DNA of 58,546 bases, filler included, from a bacterium (GCA_024278215.1; 3 parts of 3 records of this genome joined end to end with filler, not necessarily neighbours in it); one strand, 5' to 3'; positions 40,506-51,336 are shown, counted from the whole stretch's first letter. Translations and numbers: made by a program. Notes: a model not told the origin generated them from the sequence alone.

Positions 40506-41996
40506 TCAAGTCTTGTTTTCCCTGATCCACGCAATCGCCTGCTCGAGCCGCGCGATGCACTTCTCTTTGCCCATGACTTCCATCATCTCGAACAGGCCGG
40601 GGCCGACGGTTTTACCGCTCAGTGCCAGCCTCGTGGGATGTATTATCTGTTTGCCTTTGATCTCCAGGTCGTCGAGTATCGCGTAGAAAACCTTCTCGAG
40701 CGGGTCGTGGCTGAAGTCGTCCAGGTCGGCGAGGCGTTTTGTCAATTCTTCGAGCACCCTGATCGTGTCTTCGCCCTTAAAGTGTTTCCTGACTCCCTTT
40801 TCGGCATAAGTGTCGACTTCTTTGAAAAAGAAATCTGCATATTCTTCGAAGTCGTCCAGCTTTTTGAGCCGGTCGCCCAGTATGCCGACTACTTCCGCAA
40901 CTAGTTCCTTCTCTCCCGCGGTCGGCTCGGCACCTGTCAGTCCTTTACGGGCGGCAAACCCGATGCACATTTCCACCACCCTGCCGCGGTCCACCTGCTG
41001 CATCCAGTGGGCGTTCAGGTAGCCCAGGCGGTTGTGATCGAATATCGACGGGCTTTTGCTCATACCCTCTATCGTGAATTTTTCACGGATCTCATCGAGC
41101 GAGAAAAACTCCGTTTCGTCTTTCGGGTTCCAGCCCATGAAAGCCAGGTAGTTCACCACCGCTTCCGGCAGGTATCCCTCTTCGCGAAACTGGTATACGG
41201 ACACGGCGCCATGCCGCTTGCTGAGTTTGGATTTGTCCGGACCGAGAATGATTGGAGTGTGCAGAAACGCGGGAACATCCAGCCCGAGCGCCCGGTTTAT
41301 CAGCACCTGTTTCGGCGTGTTCGAGATGTGGTCTTCGCCCCTGACAACATGCGTGATCTTCATAAGCGCGTCGTCGATCGCGTTGCACAGCAGGAAGATG
41401 GGCACACCGTTCGAGCGGATGATGATGAAGTCGTCCAACTCGTTTGTGTCGAACTCGATCCTGCCGCGAATGAGGTCGTCGAGCGCCACACGCTCGTCTT
41501 TCGGAGTGCGGAACCTGATGGTATAAGGCTTGCCCTCGGCGTCGAGTTTCGCCCGGTCGTCCGGCGTGAGGTCTCTGCACTTGCCGCTGTAGACAATAGC
41601 CCTTTTTTCTTTGCGGCAAACGTCGCGGTGCGCGTCCAGCTCATCTTTTGTGCAATAGCAGCGGAAAGCTTTGCCGCTTTCCAACAGCCGTGCTACATAT
41701 TCGTTGTAAATATCGGTGCGTTCCGACTGCCTGTACGGGCCGAACTCGCCGCCCCTGTCCGGGCCTTCGTCCCAGTCGATGCCCAGCCAGCGCAGATCGT
41801 CGATTATCTTATCCTCGAATTCCTTTGTGGACCTTTCAGTGTCCGTGTCCTCGACCCTCAGCACAACCGTGCCTCCGTACCGCCGTGCCGTAAGCCAGTT
41901 GAAGAGCGCGGTGTTCGCGTTGCCGAAGTGCAGCATGCCCGTCGGCGACGGGGCGAATCTCGTCCTTACGTTTTTCAGTTCCATTTCATTCTCCAT
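40506..41996 (-). CDS. gltX: Glutamate--tRNA ligase
   Basis: RTRFAPSPTG.LHFGN, RGEDH and KLSKR; anticodon-binding domain. Confidence 0.97.
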   Translation of the reverse strand: MENEMELKNVRTRFAPSPTGMLHFGNANTALFNWLTARRYGGTVVLRVEDTDTERSTKEFEDKIIDDLRWLGIDWDEGPDRGGEFGPYRQSERTDIYNEYVARLLESGKAFRCYCTKDELDAHRDVCRKEKRAIVYSGKCRDLTPDDRAKLDAEGKPYTIRFRTPKDERVALDDLIRGRIEFDTNELDDFIIIRSNGVPIFLLCNAIDDALMKITHVVRGEDHISNTPKQVLINRALGLDVPAFLHTPIILGPDKSKLSKRHGAVSVYQFREEGYLPEAVVNYLAFMGWNPKDETEFFSLDEIREKFTIEGMSKSPSIFDHNRLGYLNAHWMQQVDRGRVVEMCIGFAARKGLTGAEPTAGEKELVAEVVGILGDRLKKLDDFEEYADFFFKEVDTYAEKGVRKHFKGEDTIRVLEELTKRLADLDDFSHDPLEKVFYAILDDLEIKGKQIIHPTRLALSGKTVGPGLFEMMEVMGKEKCIARLEQAIAWIRENKT

Positions 41997-42241
41997 ATCG
42001 TTATCGTTCTTTATTGTGAAAAGGTGTCAACGGATAAACATCCTATCCATACAGCGCATGTATTCTACCACCTTCGAGCAGGGTCTACAATGGACACCGC
42101 ATTCACTCGTTCGTAATGAACAGGGACGCTGACAGACCACATCTATAGGTTGTCATAACCGATTCAAGTCGTTGATAAACGGTAAGCCGCCCTGTTTATC
42201 CAGGCAGGAATCTGTAATCTCAGGAGAGATTCAAGTATAAT

Positions 42242-42361
42242 CTGAACCTGTGCGTTTTTTATAAAAAGCAGTTGTATTTCTGGAGATACGATCTGGAATT
42301 AAAGAGCAAATTCCAGTTGCGTCCCCGAAATTCACACATAATATCGAAAAACGCGGTTCAG
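42242..42361. mobile_element. MITE family C, uninterrupted copy (120 bp)
   Basis: CTGAACCTGTGCGTTTTT...AAAAACGCGGTTCAG; flanks TATAAT/TGTAAT. Confidence 0.7.
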
Positions 42362-42495
42362 TGTAATGAGACGAATTGCGCCGGCGTTCGCGTATGACCC
42401 GGCAGGAACGAATGAGGATTCGGCGACACGGGGACGGCTGGAAGTTATTTTATGGCGGATATTATGATATACGATATTATTACACGGGTGTTGTG

Positions 42496-43569
42496 GTGAG
42501 TCTGCAAAGGAAATTTCTCTATTATTTTCTAAAAGAATGGCTGTTGGCGGCATCGGCAGTAGGGCTGTTGGCTACGTCTGTATTTATGAAGCGTGTTCCT
42601 GTCATTTCGGTTTCCGAAGTGCAGGTTCTTTTTTTGCTGTGGATGCTGTTCGTTTCAGTGAAGGGCCTTGAAAACAGTGGTCTGATTTCAGGTTTATCGA
42701 GGTTTATAGAACGCGGCCGTTTCGTACCACTGAAGCTGGTTGCGGCAACCTTTTTTTTATCCATGATCGTTACGAACGATATAGCCCTTGTTGTTATAGT
42801 ACCGTTGACCCTGTCGCTCCGGATCGACAGAAAAGACCTGCTTGTAATCATGGAAGCGCTTGCCGCAAATGCCGGTTCTGCGTTTATGCCGTTCGGTAAC
42901 CCGCAAAATTTATTCATCTACTGGAATTACCATATCACACCAATCGAATTTGTGACACAGATCGCTCCGTTTTCATTGTTTTTTCTCGCCGTAGTTCTCG
43001 GACTGTCGCTCCTTCTCAAGCCGGTAGACAGATGTGAGAACGACAACACCCGGAATTATGCGGTCACGCCTGCAGCGTCTCTATACGCTGTGATGCTGCT
43101 CGTAGTGGTTCTGGCCGTGTTTCGTGTGGTCCCGGTAATCACCGGCGCCCTGCTTCTGGCCGCCGTATTTGCGTTCGACCGCAAAACATTACATGTGGAT
43201 TACGCCTTATTATTCACATTCTTGTGTTTTATTGGTCTTGCAGATAATATCGGAATCATGCTGGCATCGCGGCTCAAACACTCGGGGCATGTTTTTCTGC
43301 TTTCCGCCTTGTCGAGCCAGATGATGAGTAATGTCCCTGCCGCGGTGTTGTTTGCCGGTTTTACGACCCGGTGGCGGGCACTGTTGTGGGGAGTAAGTGT
43401 AGGGGGATTCGGGAATATTATCGCCTCATTTGCAAATGTTATCGCATATAAAATGTACGTGGGCTATGCGGACAGGCGTGAAATCGCAGGGTTTTCAGTT
43501 AAGTTCGTCTGCGCCGGATATGTGATGTTTTTTTTAGGAATCGGTTTATATCTGTTTCTTAATACATAG
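42496..43569 (+). CDS. ArsB/NhaD/SLC13-type anion permease (start uncertain)
   Basis: SMIVTNDIAL, AANAGSAFMPFGNPQN and SQMMSNVPAA. Confidence 0.88.
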   Translation: MSLQRKFLYYFLKEWLLAASAVGLLATSVFMKRVPVISVSEVQVLFLLWMLFVSVKGLENSGLISGLSRFIERGRFVPLKLVAATFFLSMIVTNDIALVVIVPLTLSLRIDRKDLLVIMEALAANAGSAFMPFGNPQNLFIYWNYHITPIEFVTQIAPFSLFFLAVVLGLSLLLKPVDRCENDNTRNYAVTPAASLYAVMLLVVVLAVFRVVPVITGALLLAAVFAFDRKTLHVDYALLFTFLCFIGLADNIGIMLASRLKHSGHVFLLSALSSQMMSNVPAAVLFAGFTTRWRALLWGVSVGGFGNIIASFANVIAYKMYVGYADRREIAGFSVKFVCAGYVMFFLGIGLYLFLNT

Positions 43570-43737
43570 AGGCGATAATGCACAACACCCGTTAACACAA
43601 TTCTTGCTCCCGGGACTATTTCTATGTTTATCTCAACCCCGGAGTAAATAAACAACCACCGATCTTTTCGGTGAATTTCATGATTTAAAAAGACCGTGAT
43701 CTTCGTTCAGCCACTTTTCAGGAATATATCAATCTCT

Positions 43738-44331
43738 TCACTTGTGTTTATTCCTCGTTCGCAAATGAGCATCAAAGTCGTCAAAATGAATAAATTGAAT
43801 ATTTTCTGTGGATGAATCTCCTGTGTAAGGGTTTCTGACACCCTTTCCAAGCTGCACCCAGTAGGCATCATTCTCCTTGTCGTAGTATACGTATACATTC
43901 TCGCGTCCATACGACGGCATAACATTTACTGCCATATCGGACGCCTGTTCACTCAAGTCTCTGAATACGGTCCGTACATCATCCAATTCCAGCTTGTCAT
44001 CAGTAAGCAACTTTGCATTTTTCGCCATTCTGAGCATTTTGGCTTCGATTTTTTTTGTTCCAAGCGCGTTCGCTATCCCCGCTGTTGTAATAAGGTTGTC
44101 ATACAGCGACTGAGCATTGTCGGCGACATTGTCAAGTGAATCGGCAGCGAGCTCTTTCTGTATATCAATATACAGGCTGAGGTCTTGGTAAACATTCCTC
44201 AGCAGCAACTCGAAATCTATCTTTTCATGCTTTTTTTCCGCTGCGGCAGACATAGTAGTTGAACCGGCTGTAAACACGATCGCTACAAATAGAAAACACA
44301 GTGTTCTCGACACGATTTTCATAATTATCAT
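43738..44331 (-). CDS. Exported DUF3347-like protein
   Basis: Signal peptide; Y.DIQKELAAD, R..F.DLS and W.Q....VRNPY.G. Confidence 0.7.
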   Translation of the reverse strand: MIIMKIVSRTLCFLFVAIVFTAGSTTMSAAAEKKHEKIDFELLLRNVYQDLSLYIDIQKELAADSLDNVADNAQSLYDNLITTAGIANALGTKKIEAKMLRMAKNAKLLTDDKLELDDVRTVFRDLSEQASDMAVNVMPSYGRENVYVYYDKENDAYWVQLGKGVRNPYTGDSSTENIQFIHFDDFDAHLRTRNKHK

Positions 44332-44440
44332 CTCCTGAAATAAACCTTATACATATTTTAGGACATTTTCTTGCTTTAGCAATAGTGAAATGAGAATTGG
44401 GAGCTTGACATAAAAACAGGTTCTGAACAGAACGGGGTTC

Positions 44441-44678
44441 TCCACTTAAACGACACGATTCGGAATTAAAGGACAAATTCCGGCCATGTCCCCGAAATTT
44501 ACACATAATATTGATTCGTGTGTAATTAGCCATTTCCAATGCAGCCGTTGTTGTTAAAGTCAGCGGAAATGCACAAAAACGCTCTTTGCGGGTTCGCTAT
44601 TGTCGCTTATTGTCTGTTGACAAATGCCATCTGTTACTTTTTACACACGAATCAATATTGAAAAACGCACAGGTCCAG
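44441..44678. mobile_element. MITE family C, left-truncated copy interrupted by family D
   Basis: GGAATTAAAGGACAAATTCC...GAAATTTACACATAATATT [insert] AATATTGAAAAACGCACAGGTCCAG. Confidence 0.7.
44513..44653. mobile_element. MITE family D, copy 1 (141 bp)
   Basis: TIR GATTCGTGTGTAA/TTACACACGAATC; TSD AATATT/AATATT. Confidence 0.85.
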
Positions 44679-44819
44679 AATTCACCTGATAAAGCGTTAA
44701 AGACATCAACGTATAAAAAGATAATACAGGCATTTGAAATTTTTCAGGGTTTGTGATATTATGCACAAAGTTTACGGGGCTCTCCGCCCCATCCACCATT
44801 AACAGGAGAGGTGATTGAT

Positions 44820-45728
44820 ATGGCATTCAGAGTTGATAAGAGAGATATTCAGTTCATCCACAAAGAAGTGCTTGATCTTAACAAGATACTGGAGATTGAA
44901 AAATTCAAGGATTATTCCATTGAAGATTTCGACATGGTAATTGACCAGGGCATTAAGTTCGCAACGGAAAAGGTTGCCCCGCTGAACAAGAGCGCGGACA
45001 AACCCGGTGTGCAGTACGACCCTGAGACCAAACAGGTTACCGTACCGGAAGATCATGTGCAGGTATACAAGGAATTCTGCGCCAATGGCTGGAACTCGAT
45101 TACAGCCGACGTTGAAATGGGCGGCCAGGGTTTCCCCGGCATAGTCGGCATGGCCACAGGAGAAGCCTTCTGCTCGGGATGTTTCCCGTTTATGATGACC
45201 CCCGGCCTCACCGGCTCGGCGGCCCATGTCATACAGCACTTCGGCACAGAAGAGCAGGTAGCCACTTATGTTGAAAAAATGAACAGCGGTGAATGGGCCG
45301 GCACGATGGGCCTCACCGAACCCGGCGCGGGCAGCGCGGTCGGCGACTTGAAGACCTCTGCAAAACCTGAAGGTGACCACTATCTGATCTCCGGAACAAA
45401 GATTTTTATCTCCAGCGGAGACCACAATTTCACAGAAAACATTATTCATCTCGTCCTGGCCCGTGTCGAGGGCGACCCGGCAGGCATGAAGGGCGTCAGC
45501 CTCTTCATCGTTCCCAAGTATCTCGTCAACGAAGACGGCTCGGTAGGCGAATTCAACGATGTCAACTGCGGCGGAATCGAAGAGAAGCTCGGCATACATG
45601 GTTCGCCGACCTGCACACTGAACTTCGGCGACGAAGGCAAGTGCAAGGGCTGGCTCATCGGTCAGCAGGGCAAGGGCATTGTTGCCATGTTTCTAATGAT
45701 GAACGAAGCCAGGATCGGTGTCGGGCTC
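44820..45728 (+). CDS. Acyl-CoA dehydrogenase, 3'-truncated by the gap
   Basis: GTMGLTEPGAGS, GTKIFISSGDH, IEEKLGIHGSPTC and MMNEARIGVG. Confidence 0.93.
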
Positions 45729-45828
45729 NNNNNNNNNNNNNNNNNNNNNNNNNNNNNNNNNNNNNNNNNNNNTTAATTAATTAANNNNNNNNNNNNNNNN
45801 NNNNNNNNNNNNNNNNNNNNNNNNNNNN
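45729..45828. other. Artificial contig spacer
   Basis: 100 nt of N around TTAATTAATTAA. Confidence 0.97.
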
Positions 45829-46002
45829 CAATTGCAAAATTATGTTCGTAGCGAGGTCGAGCTAAATTGTTCGGAGCAAGGCGGAGGTGTAAAATCCTCG
45901 CAGGCGTACTTGTAGAGTACGTCGAGGACGATTTTGTGCCGACAACGCAGCTATGGACAATAGCCGCCGCCCGCAGCAGAATCAGAATTTTGCAATTGGC
46001 TC
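45829..46002 (+). mobile_element. MITE family A, copy 7 (left TIR clipped at the contig edge)
   Basis: CAATTGCAAAATT...AATTTTGCAATTGGCTC. Confidence 0.9.
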
Positions 46003-46011
46003 ATATAGTTA

Positions 46012-46150
46012 CCCTAAACCGGCGCAGCCGGAACCAAACAGGTCGCATTTTCGTGCCCGAACAAATACGGTTTTAGCACGGCACACAGAGTTTCATAGTT
46101 TCCGCAGTCAATCGCACTCACACTTGTCCACATCGGTTTTTCATAGTTCC
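46012..46150 (+). repeat. Repeat family F, copy 1
   Basis: CCCTAAACCGGCGCAGCCGGAACCAAACAGG...CGTGCCCGAACAAA...GCACGGCACACAGAGTTTCAT; reverse-complement matches at 47449 and 51109. Confidence 0.8.
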
Positions 46151-46216
46151 GGGGCTCCGATCTCTTGTTCAGCATTTCTTTACCATCCTGAGTAACATTT
46201 CTGTCGTATGATAATT

Positions 46217-46357
46217 GATTCGTGTATAATAAGTCGTAGATGACAAATAGCAACCATCAATGGTCGAATATAACGAACGTGCGTTCAGCATTTTAAAGCA
46301 TCTTGATCGACTTTGACAATAACATTGTTTTTAAAAATGACTTATTACACACGAATC
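46217..46357. mobile_element. MITE family D, copy 2 (141 bp, inverted relative to copy 1)
   Basis: 18/19 TIR GATTCGTGTATAATAAGTC/GACTTATTACACACGAATC; TSD ATAATT/ATAATT. Confidence 0.85.
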
Positions 46358-46426
46358 ATAATTAAGTAGACGGTATTGGGTTATAACGCAAGAGATGTGC
46401 CACGAGTACGAGTCATGTGTGGCGAG

Positions 46427-47074
46427 TTAGCTGTTGCTGATGAAATAACCGGCGGATGTCGAGAGGAACCATATACCGAATCCGACGAGAATGAAGCCAC
46501 AGGCGCGTATAATGTTGCGGTAGGCGGGGTCGCTCATCAACTTTCTCCCGCGGCTGACGGCGTAAGAGATGACGCTGTACCAGGCAAGGTCGGCGAGTAT
46601 GTGTCCGATGAAGAAAACCACAATGCCCGGCGTTCCGAATTTACGCGCCGCGACGAGGTATCCGAGCCCGATTGTGGCCCACCAGATTATCCAATAAGGA
46701 TTAGACAGGCTCGCGAGTATGCCAGCCAGCACAGGGTTCGCCAACGCACCGCTGCTGTCATTGCCTACGTATAGTGATAGTAACGCCGCTTTGCGGTACA
46801 TTCCTATTCCCATCCAGAGCAGAATGCTGCCGCCCAACAGCGCAATGACTGCCGTCACGAGTGGTATCTCGAGCAAGGGCCCCAGCCCCAGCACCACGGC
46901 GATCACGAGCGAAAGTTCGAGTATCGCGTGGCCGCAGATCAGCAGAGGTCCCGAGATAAAACCGCGTTTCGCTGAATCCGCCACGGTTACTGTGAACAAC
47001 GGACCCGGCATCAGCGCACCCGAAAGGGCGAGGATGAACGATCCCAAAAATATAGTTGCAAGCTGAATTGTCAT
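46427..47074 (-). CDS. LysE-family translocator
   Basis: ALSGALMPGP, GHAILE, SNPYWIIWWAT.G and GHILAD. Confidence 0.9.
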   Translation of the reverse strand: MTIQLATIFLGSFILALSGALMPGPLFTVTVADSAKRGFISGPLLICGHAILELSLVIAVVLGLGPLLEIPLVTAVIALLGGSILLWMGIGMYRKAALLSLYVGNDSSGALANPVLAGILASLSNPYWIIWWATIGLGYLVAARKFGTPGIVVFFIGHILADLAWYSVISYAVSRGRKLMSDPAYRNIIRACGFILVGFGIWFLSTSAGYFISNS

Positions 47075-47129
47075 AGGCTCCGTCTTGTGTTCGTCAATTA
47101 TGGAATATTACAAAATGTCTATTCCTTTA

Positions 47130-47205
47130 GCACAAGTAGTTTTTATCAAAAAGCAGATACAGGCGCTGCCAAAAATAGCATTGACAATCCCTGTTTTTCG
47201 CGCAT
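47130..47205 (+). repeat. Degenerate internal fragment of MITE family E
   Basis: AAAAATAGCATTGACAATCCCTGTTTTTCGCGCATT versus AAAGACAGCGTTGCCAGTCCCTGTTTTTCGCACATT at about 10963. Confidence 0.55.
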
Positions 47206-47448
47206 TCTGCTACAGTCCACATCAGCATCTACTTTTATGCAGCACATCCACATCTCAATTATAACTTGCGTAATGTGGATAGTCATCTATTACAATGTAT
47301 TCGACGTCGTTGTTCAGCCACGATATTTATAACTAAAGGGGCGTAGTATCTTACGTCTGAAATGCTACGCAGGATGGTAAAGAAATGCTGAAAAGAGATC
47401 GGGGAAAGCTGGATCTGCCAGTTACAGGCGTTTTCACGGTAGACCTTT

Positions 47449-47567
47449 GGAACGATGAAACTCTGTGTGCCGTGCTCAAACCGTAGACCGTGTGTGTGCC
47501 GTGCTAAAACCGCATTTGTTTGGGCACGAAAATGCTGCCTGTTTGGTTCCGGCTTTGCCGGGTCAGG
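47449..47567 (-). repeat. Repeat family F, copy 2
   Basis: Reverse complement of 46012-46100 with one extra internal module. Confidence 0.8.
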
Positions 47568-47584
47568 CATGGCAAAAGAAAGAA

Positions 47585-48889
47585 TTACCTGTGAACAGAT
47601 ACGATTTTCGGAACACGTGCGCGGCTGCCGTGCAACTTCGCTGCTATGAGGTCGATGATTGATGTCAGTGCATTTGGTGTCATGCCGATGACTTTCACAC
47701 CCATCTGTTTTGTGAGTCCGTCGATGCTGGAGGCAAGGTCGTTGCAGCCGTAACTGACTGTGATACGACGATGTGTGCAGTTAATTTTAATTCGGGATAG
47801 GGTTTCTTCGGCGGCGCATGTGCCCGCGATGTGTACAGGACCCTCTATGTGCTTTATTCTCTCCGGATCGAACCCCTTACCCATCAGTACAGTGAAACCT
47901 CCGCGACCGCCGTAATCCCTGTAAAGAGTCTGAATAAGTGTTTCCGTATTCTTACGACATCCTTCTTTACAGCAGAGTTCCGTACCGCGAATAATCTCAA
48001 TATCGGGCGGAAAATCCATAAGTATGTCGAAATTGTATTGTGTGTTTGTATCGGGGAGCAGACCGTCTGTGTGTATGTTGCCGAAAACGCCGCAGCCGAG
48101 CCCGGCCTTGCGTGCAAGGCGCAGATGTTCCACATCGTCAACAGCGTAACCCAGCACATGAGAGCCGATTGTATCAACAGCGAGCACATCGGTTCCGCCA
48201 AGCAGCAGGTCGAGCCTGTCGACGCACTGATCGAGATGCGCGGCGGCGGGATAGTGGCCGTTATAAACAGCATACAGCGCATCGACCAGGGTGAAGTCGG
48301 GCCTGAAGTGCCGCAGGATGTCGACAAGTTTACGATGGAGCTTGAAGTTGTGGTCCCTGATGCGGTCCTTCTGGTCGATAAGTCCGAACTGATTTTTGAT
48401 GCCGATTGTTACCACGCTCATCGAGTGGGTTTTGAGTTTCGGGATGTTCAGATAAAAAGTCGATTCGCGCTCGCGTAGCATTCGAGCGAGTCGACGGTGG
48501 ATGCCGACTTCGTAGTCGAAGCTCCGGAGTTTCAGGGTTTCGCGGTGGCCTTCGTCGAGGTATAGAGGGCGCACACCGTGGCGTCTGCATACGGGGAGGT
48601 AGCCCGCGTGTCTGAAAACAAGCCTCGTGAAATTGCCCTGGGTGCAGTTTTCCATGAGCCGGATTTTTTTCGCGCCGAGGTCGCGCAGAGCGCCCAGCGC
48701 CGCGTCTACGACTGCGGGGTCTGTGAAAGTAAACGGCTTGAAGTCGATCCCGTTTATTTTCACGAGTATTTCGCCGACTGATTTTATTTGCGGAGCGACA
48801 CCTGCCGCGTCGAACATCTTACGGATAGACATGCGCATGTTGTCCGTTGCGGAACGCGCGAAAACAGTCGCTTGTGTTTTATTGTCCAT
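47585..48889 (-). CDS. DUF362-domain protein
   Basis: LVK.N, TDP.VV, N.PKLKTH....T.GIKN.FG and D.LAVD; Cys-containing C-terminal domain. Confidence 0.85.
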   Translation of the reverse strand: MDNKTQATVFARSATDNMRMSIRKMFDAAGVAPQIKSVGEILVKINGIDFKPFTFTDPAVVDAALGALRDLGAKKIRLMENCTQGNFTRLVFRHAGYLPVCRRHGVRPLYLDEGHRETLKLRSFDYEVGIHRRLARMLRERESTFYLNIPKLKTHSMSVVTIGIKNQFGLIDQKDRIRDHNFKLHRKLVDILRHFRPDFTLVDALYAVYNGHYPAAAHLDQCVDRLDLLLGGTDVLAVDTIGSHVLGYAVDDVEHLRLARKAGLGCGVFGNIHTDGLLPDTNTQYNFDILMDFPPDIEIIRGTELCCKEGCRKNTETLIQTLYRDYGGRGGFTVLMGKGFDPERIKHIEGPVHIAGTCAAEETLSRIKINCTHRRITVSYGCNDLASSIDGLTKQMGVKVIGMTPNALTSIIDLIAAKLHGSRARVPKIVSVHR

Positions 48890-48920
48890 TGTTTATTCAA
48901 ACCGCATAATCGTCGTCGAT

Positions 48921-50843
48921 TCACTCACCGATGAGTGAGCCGAGTTTCTCGTCTTCGGGCAGTTCACGGTCGCGGAGAAGGGCGTACGATTTGAGCAGGA
49001 AGTTGTGCATTACCATCTTGGTGATGACGGCTGTATTTTTTTCGCCTTCCTGCCATTCATTTTCCACTTCGTCGACTTTTGCAGGGTCGAACGCTTCATC
49101 CTTGTTGTATTTCTGAAGCAGGAGATCGAGTGTTTTTTCGCCGACCTTGCCGTACATGACCAGCTTGTCTATCCACGGCTGCATTTCGTCGAACATCTTC
49201 GAGTTTTCAGGAGTGCGGATTGCCTGCATTTCGGAGTTCATGCCCTGGAAACGCTCCAGGGTTGAACGCAGGGCAGGTGCCGCGGTGTCGAGTGTGTAAT
49301 TCGGCGCGTTCTGGAAGGCGAGCAGCACGGCGCGTGTCTGTTCATAAAGTTCAGGCGCGTCGTACTTCCATATCAGCGACGACTGCGATTGTCTTGCGAA
49401 GAAGTTGAATGTGTCGTATTTTTCGTCGCCCGCGATGCGTTTCGCGGCGTTGATCCAGGAGCGTTCGGCATCGTAATTCATTGGGTTCCATGTGAAGTCG
49501 GCAACGGTGATAAGCGCGGGTTTAGAACTTAGAGGCAGGGGCATCGCGTTGGCGGCGAAACCGGAAGTTGTGCGGAACAGGCGCGGGTCGCGTCCGCGGA
49601 GCGGCCCGAGCGCGAGGCGGCCTCCGACACGGTCGATGTTGTCGAGCACGGGGAAGTTGTCGCCGAGGAACGGCTTTCGCCCGATGAATTTCGCATAGAA
49701 AGCAGCGTCTTCGGAAGTGATGACATCGGGGGCTATCTCCATGCCTGTCCAGCCGATGCGCAGCCGTGGATCGAGATGCTTGCCGATGTAGCGCAGGTAT
49801 TCCGAATCCATTGCCAACTCGCCCGAGTAGTCGTTGGGCACGAACGCGAAAACAACATTGGGATAATCTTCCATGAGTTTGCCGAGCACTTTGTTGGTGA
49901 AATAGACCTGGCCTTCTTCATAGGTCTTAAAAGCATCCCTGTCGTATGGAGTGAGCGCCTTGCCGACATCGTCGAACGCGAGCGAGAAGCATTTCACGCC
50001 CACGCCGATGACGCTTTTGAATTTAAGATACGCTTTCTTTATGTCTTTCTTACTTGAAAAATTAACACTTACACCCGGGCTGAGGCTCCAGCAGTAGCGC
50101 ACGTAGTTTTCATTTGCAAGGTCGTTGAGGGCTTCAACCTCATCGAGCTCTTTCTCCGTAAGCTTAAGCCGCCAGCCGAAGCGCAGTTTGTGGTCGTCTT
50201 TGGGAGTATAGAGAAATATGTTGTATTTATAGTCGGACATCCAATTTATAATGTCGATACGGCCTTCGTCCGGCCAGGGCTTGCCGTAGAACCCCTCGAG
50301 GATGCCGCGGGTCTCGAACTCGGGCCAGTCGTGTATGGCGATTTCAGGGAGAGTGCCGTCAACGAAAAGCTGTTTAAGTGTTTTCGCGGCGTAATAAGCG
50401 CCATAACTGTCGCCGACACCGTTTTCTATTTGTGATTTATGATAGAGAATCTGGACAGCAATGTAGTCTTTTATGCGTTTAATACCGAGGAAATACTCCT
50501 GAGGACCGAATGTTGAAGGGTTCAGCGAAGCACAGAACATCTCCGGGCAGTTGAAGTTTGCATGGGCGTCGCGCTGAGCCGCCACATGGACGAATATGCC
50601 GCCGGGGCTTGGTTTTTCCTGCACTTTTAAGGCTGGAAATATTTCTTTCAGTGCATCGAGTACACGTGGGTCCACATCGGCGCTTTCCGGGGTCAGCACC
50701 GCTGTCGAAGGATCGATCCGGATCGTCTTGCCTTCGAAAAGTATCTTCTGCGGCTCCGGCACAACTGTGTAAGCTGCCGCAGAGACGGCTATCGCCATAT
50801 ATACGATAAATACTGCTAATGCCGTTATGATATTTCTTTTCAT
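48921..50843 (-). CDS. Secreted GH84 beta-N-acetylglucosaminidase (O-GlcNAcase/hyaluronidase family)
   Basis: D.P....RGILEGFYGKPW, Y.PKDD, SPG, FDD and DNFPV.D. Confidence 0.9.
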   Translation of the reverse strand: MKRNIITALAVFIVYMAIAVSAAAYTVVPEPQKILFEGKTIRIDPSTAVLTPESADVDPRVLDALKEIFPALKVQEKPSPGGIFVHVAAQRDAHANFNCPEMFCASLNPSTFGPQEYFLGIKRIKDYIAVQILYHKSQIENGVGDSYGAYYAAKTLKQLFVDGTLPEIAIHDWPEFETRGILEGFYGKPWPDEGRIDIINWMSDYKYNIFLYTPKDDHKLRFGWRLKLTEKELDEVEALNDLANENYVRYCWSLSPGVSVNFSSKKDIKKAYLKFKSVIGVGVKCFSLAFDDVGKALTPYDRDAFKTYEEGQVYFTNKVLGKLMEDYPNVVFAFVPNDYSGELAMDSEYLRYIGKHLDPRLRIGWTGMEIAPDVITSEDAAFYAKFIGRKPFLGDNFPVLDNIDRVGGRLALGPLRGRDPRLFRTTSGFAANAMPLPLSSKPALITVADFTWNPMNYDAERSWINAAKRIAGDEKYDTFNFFARQSQSSLIWKYDAPELYEQTRAVLLAFQNAPNYTLDTAAPALRSTLERFQGMNSEMQAIRTPENSKMFDEMQPWIDKLVMYGKVGEKTLDLLLQKYNKDEAFDPAKVDEVENEWQEGEKNTAVITKMVMHNFLLKSYALLRDRELPEDEKLGSLIGE

Positions 50844-51108
50844 ACTTCATTACCTCCCGTACAAAATGTTCAGTCGCAATCATTTTATATCATTGACGGA
50901 ACAGTGTCCATTTTATAATTCCCGTGCGATTATCAGGTGTGCGACATGAAAGGGAAGGGCAGTTGTATTAAGGTGAGCTACTGTAGATAATTGATAGCGG
51001 AAGTTGTAGGCACTTATCGTGCGCCATAAGCAACAACATGTGGACGCGGGGCTTTCAATTCCAGGCGTTTCCAAGGTGGACCTTGGAAACCATAAAAAAT
51101 AGCCCATG

Positions 51109-51270
51109 GGAACGATGAAGACCGGTGTGGACAAGTGTGAGTACGATCACTGTGGAAATGATGAAACCCTGTGTGCCGCGATCAAACTATAGACCATGTG
51201 CCGTGCTCGAACCGCTTTTGTTTGGGCACGAAAATGAGACCTGTTTGTTTAGGGCTCCCCCGGGTTAGGG
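51109..51270 (-). repeat. Repeat family F, copy 3 (longest)
   Basis: Contains both modules that copies 1 and 2 have separately. Confidence 0.75.
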
Positions 51271-51336
51271 CTGCCGGCTGAATATCCGGATGCGCCTGGG
51301 GATTTTACGGTCCGTTTTCTCCCGAAATTCTCTTTC

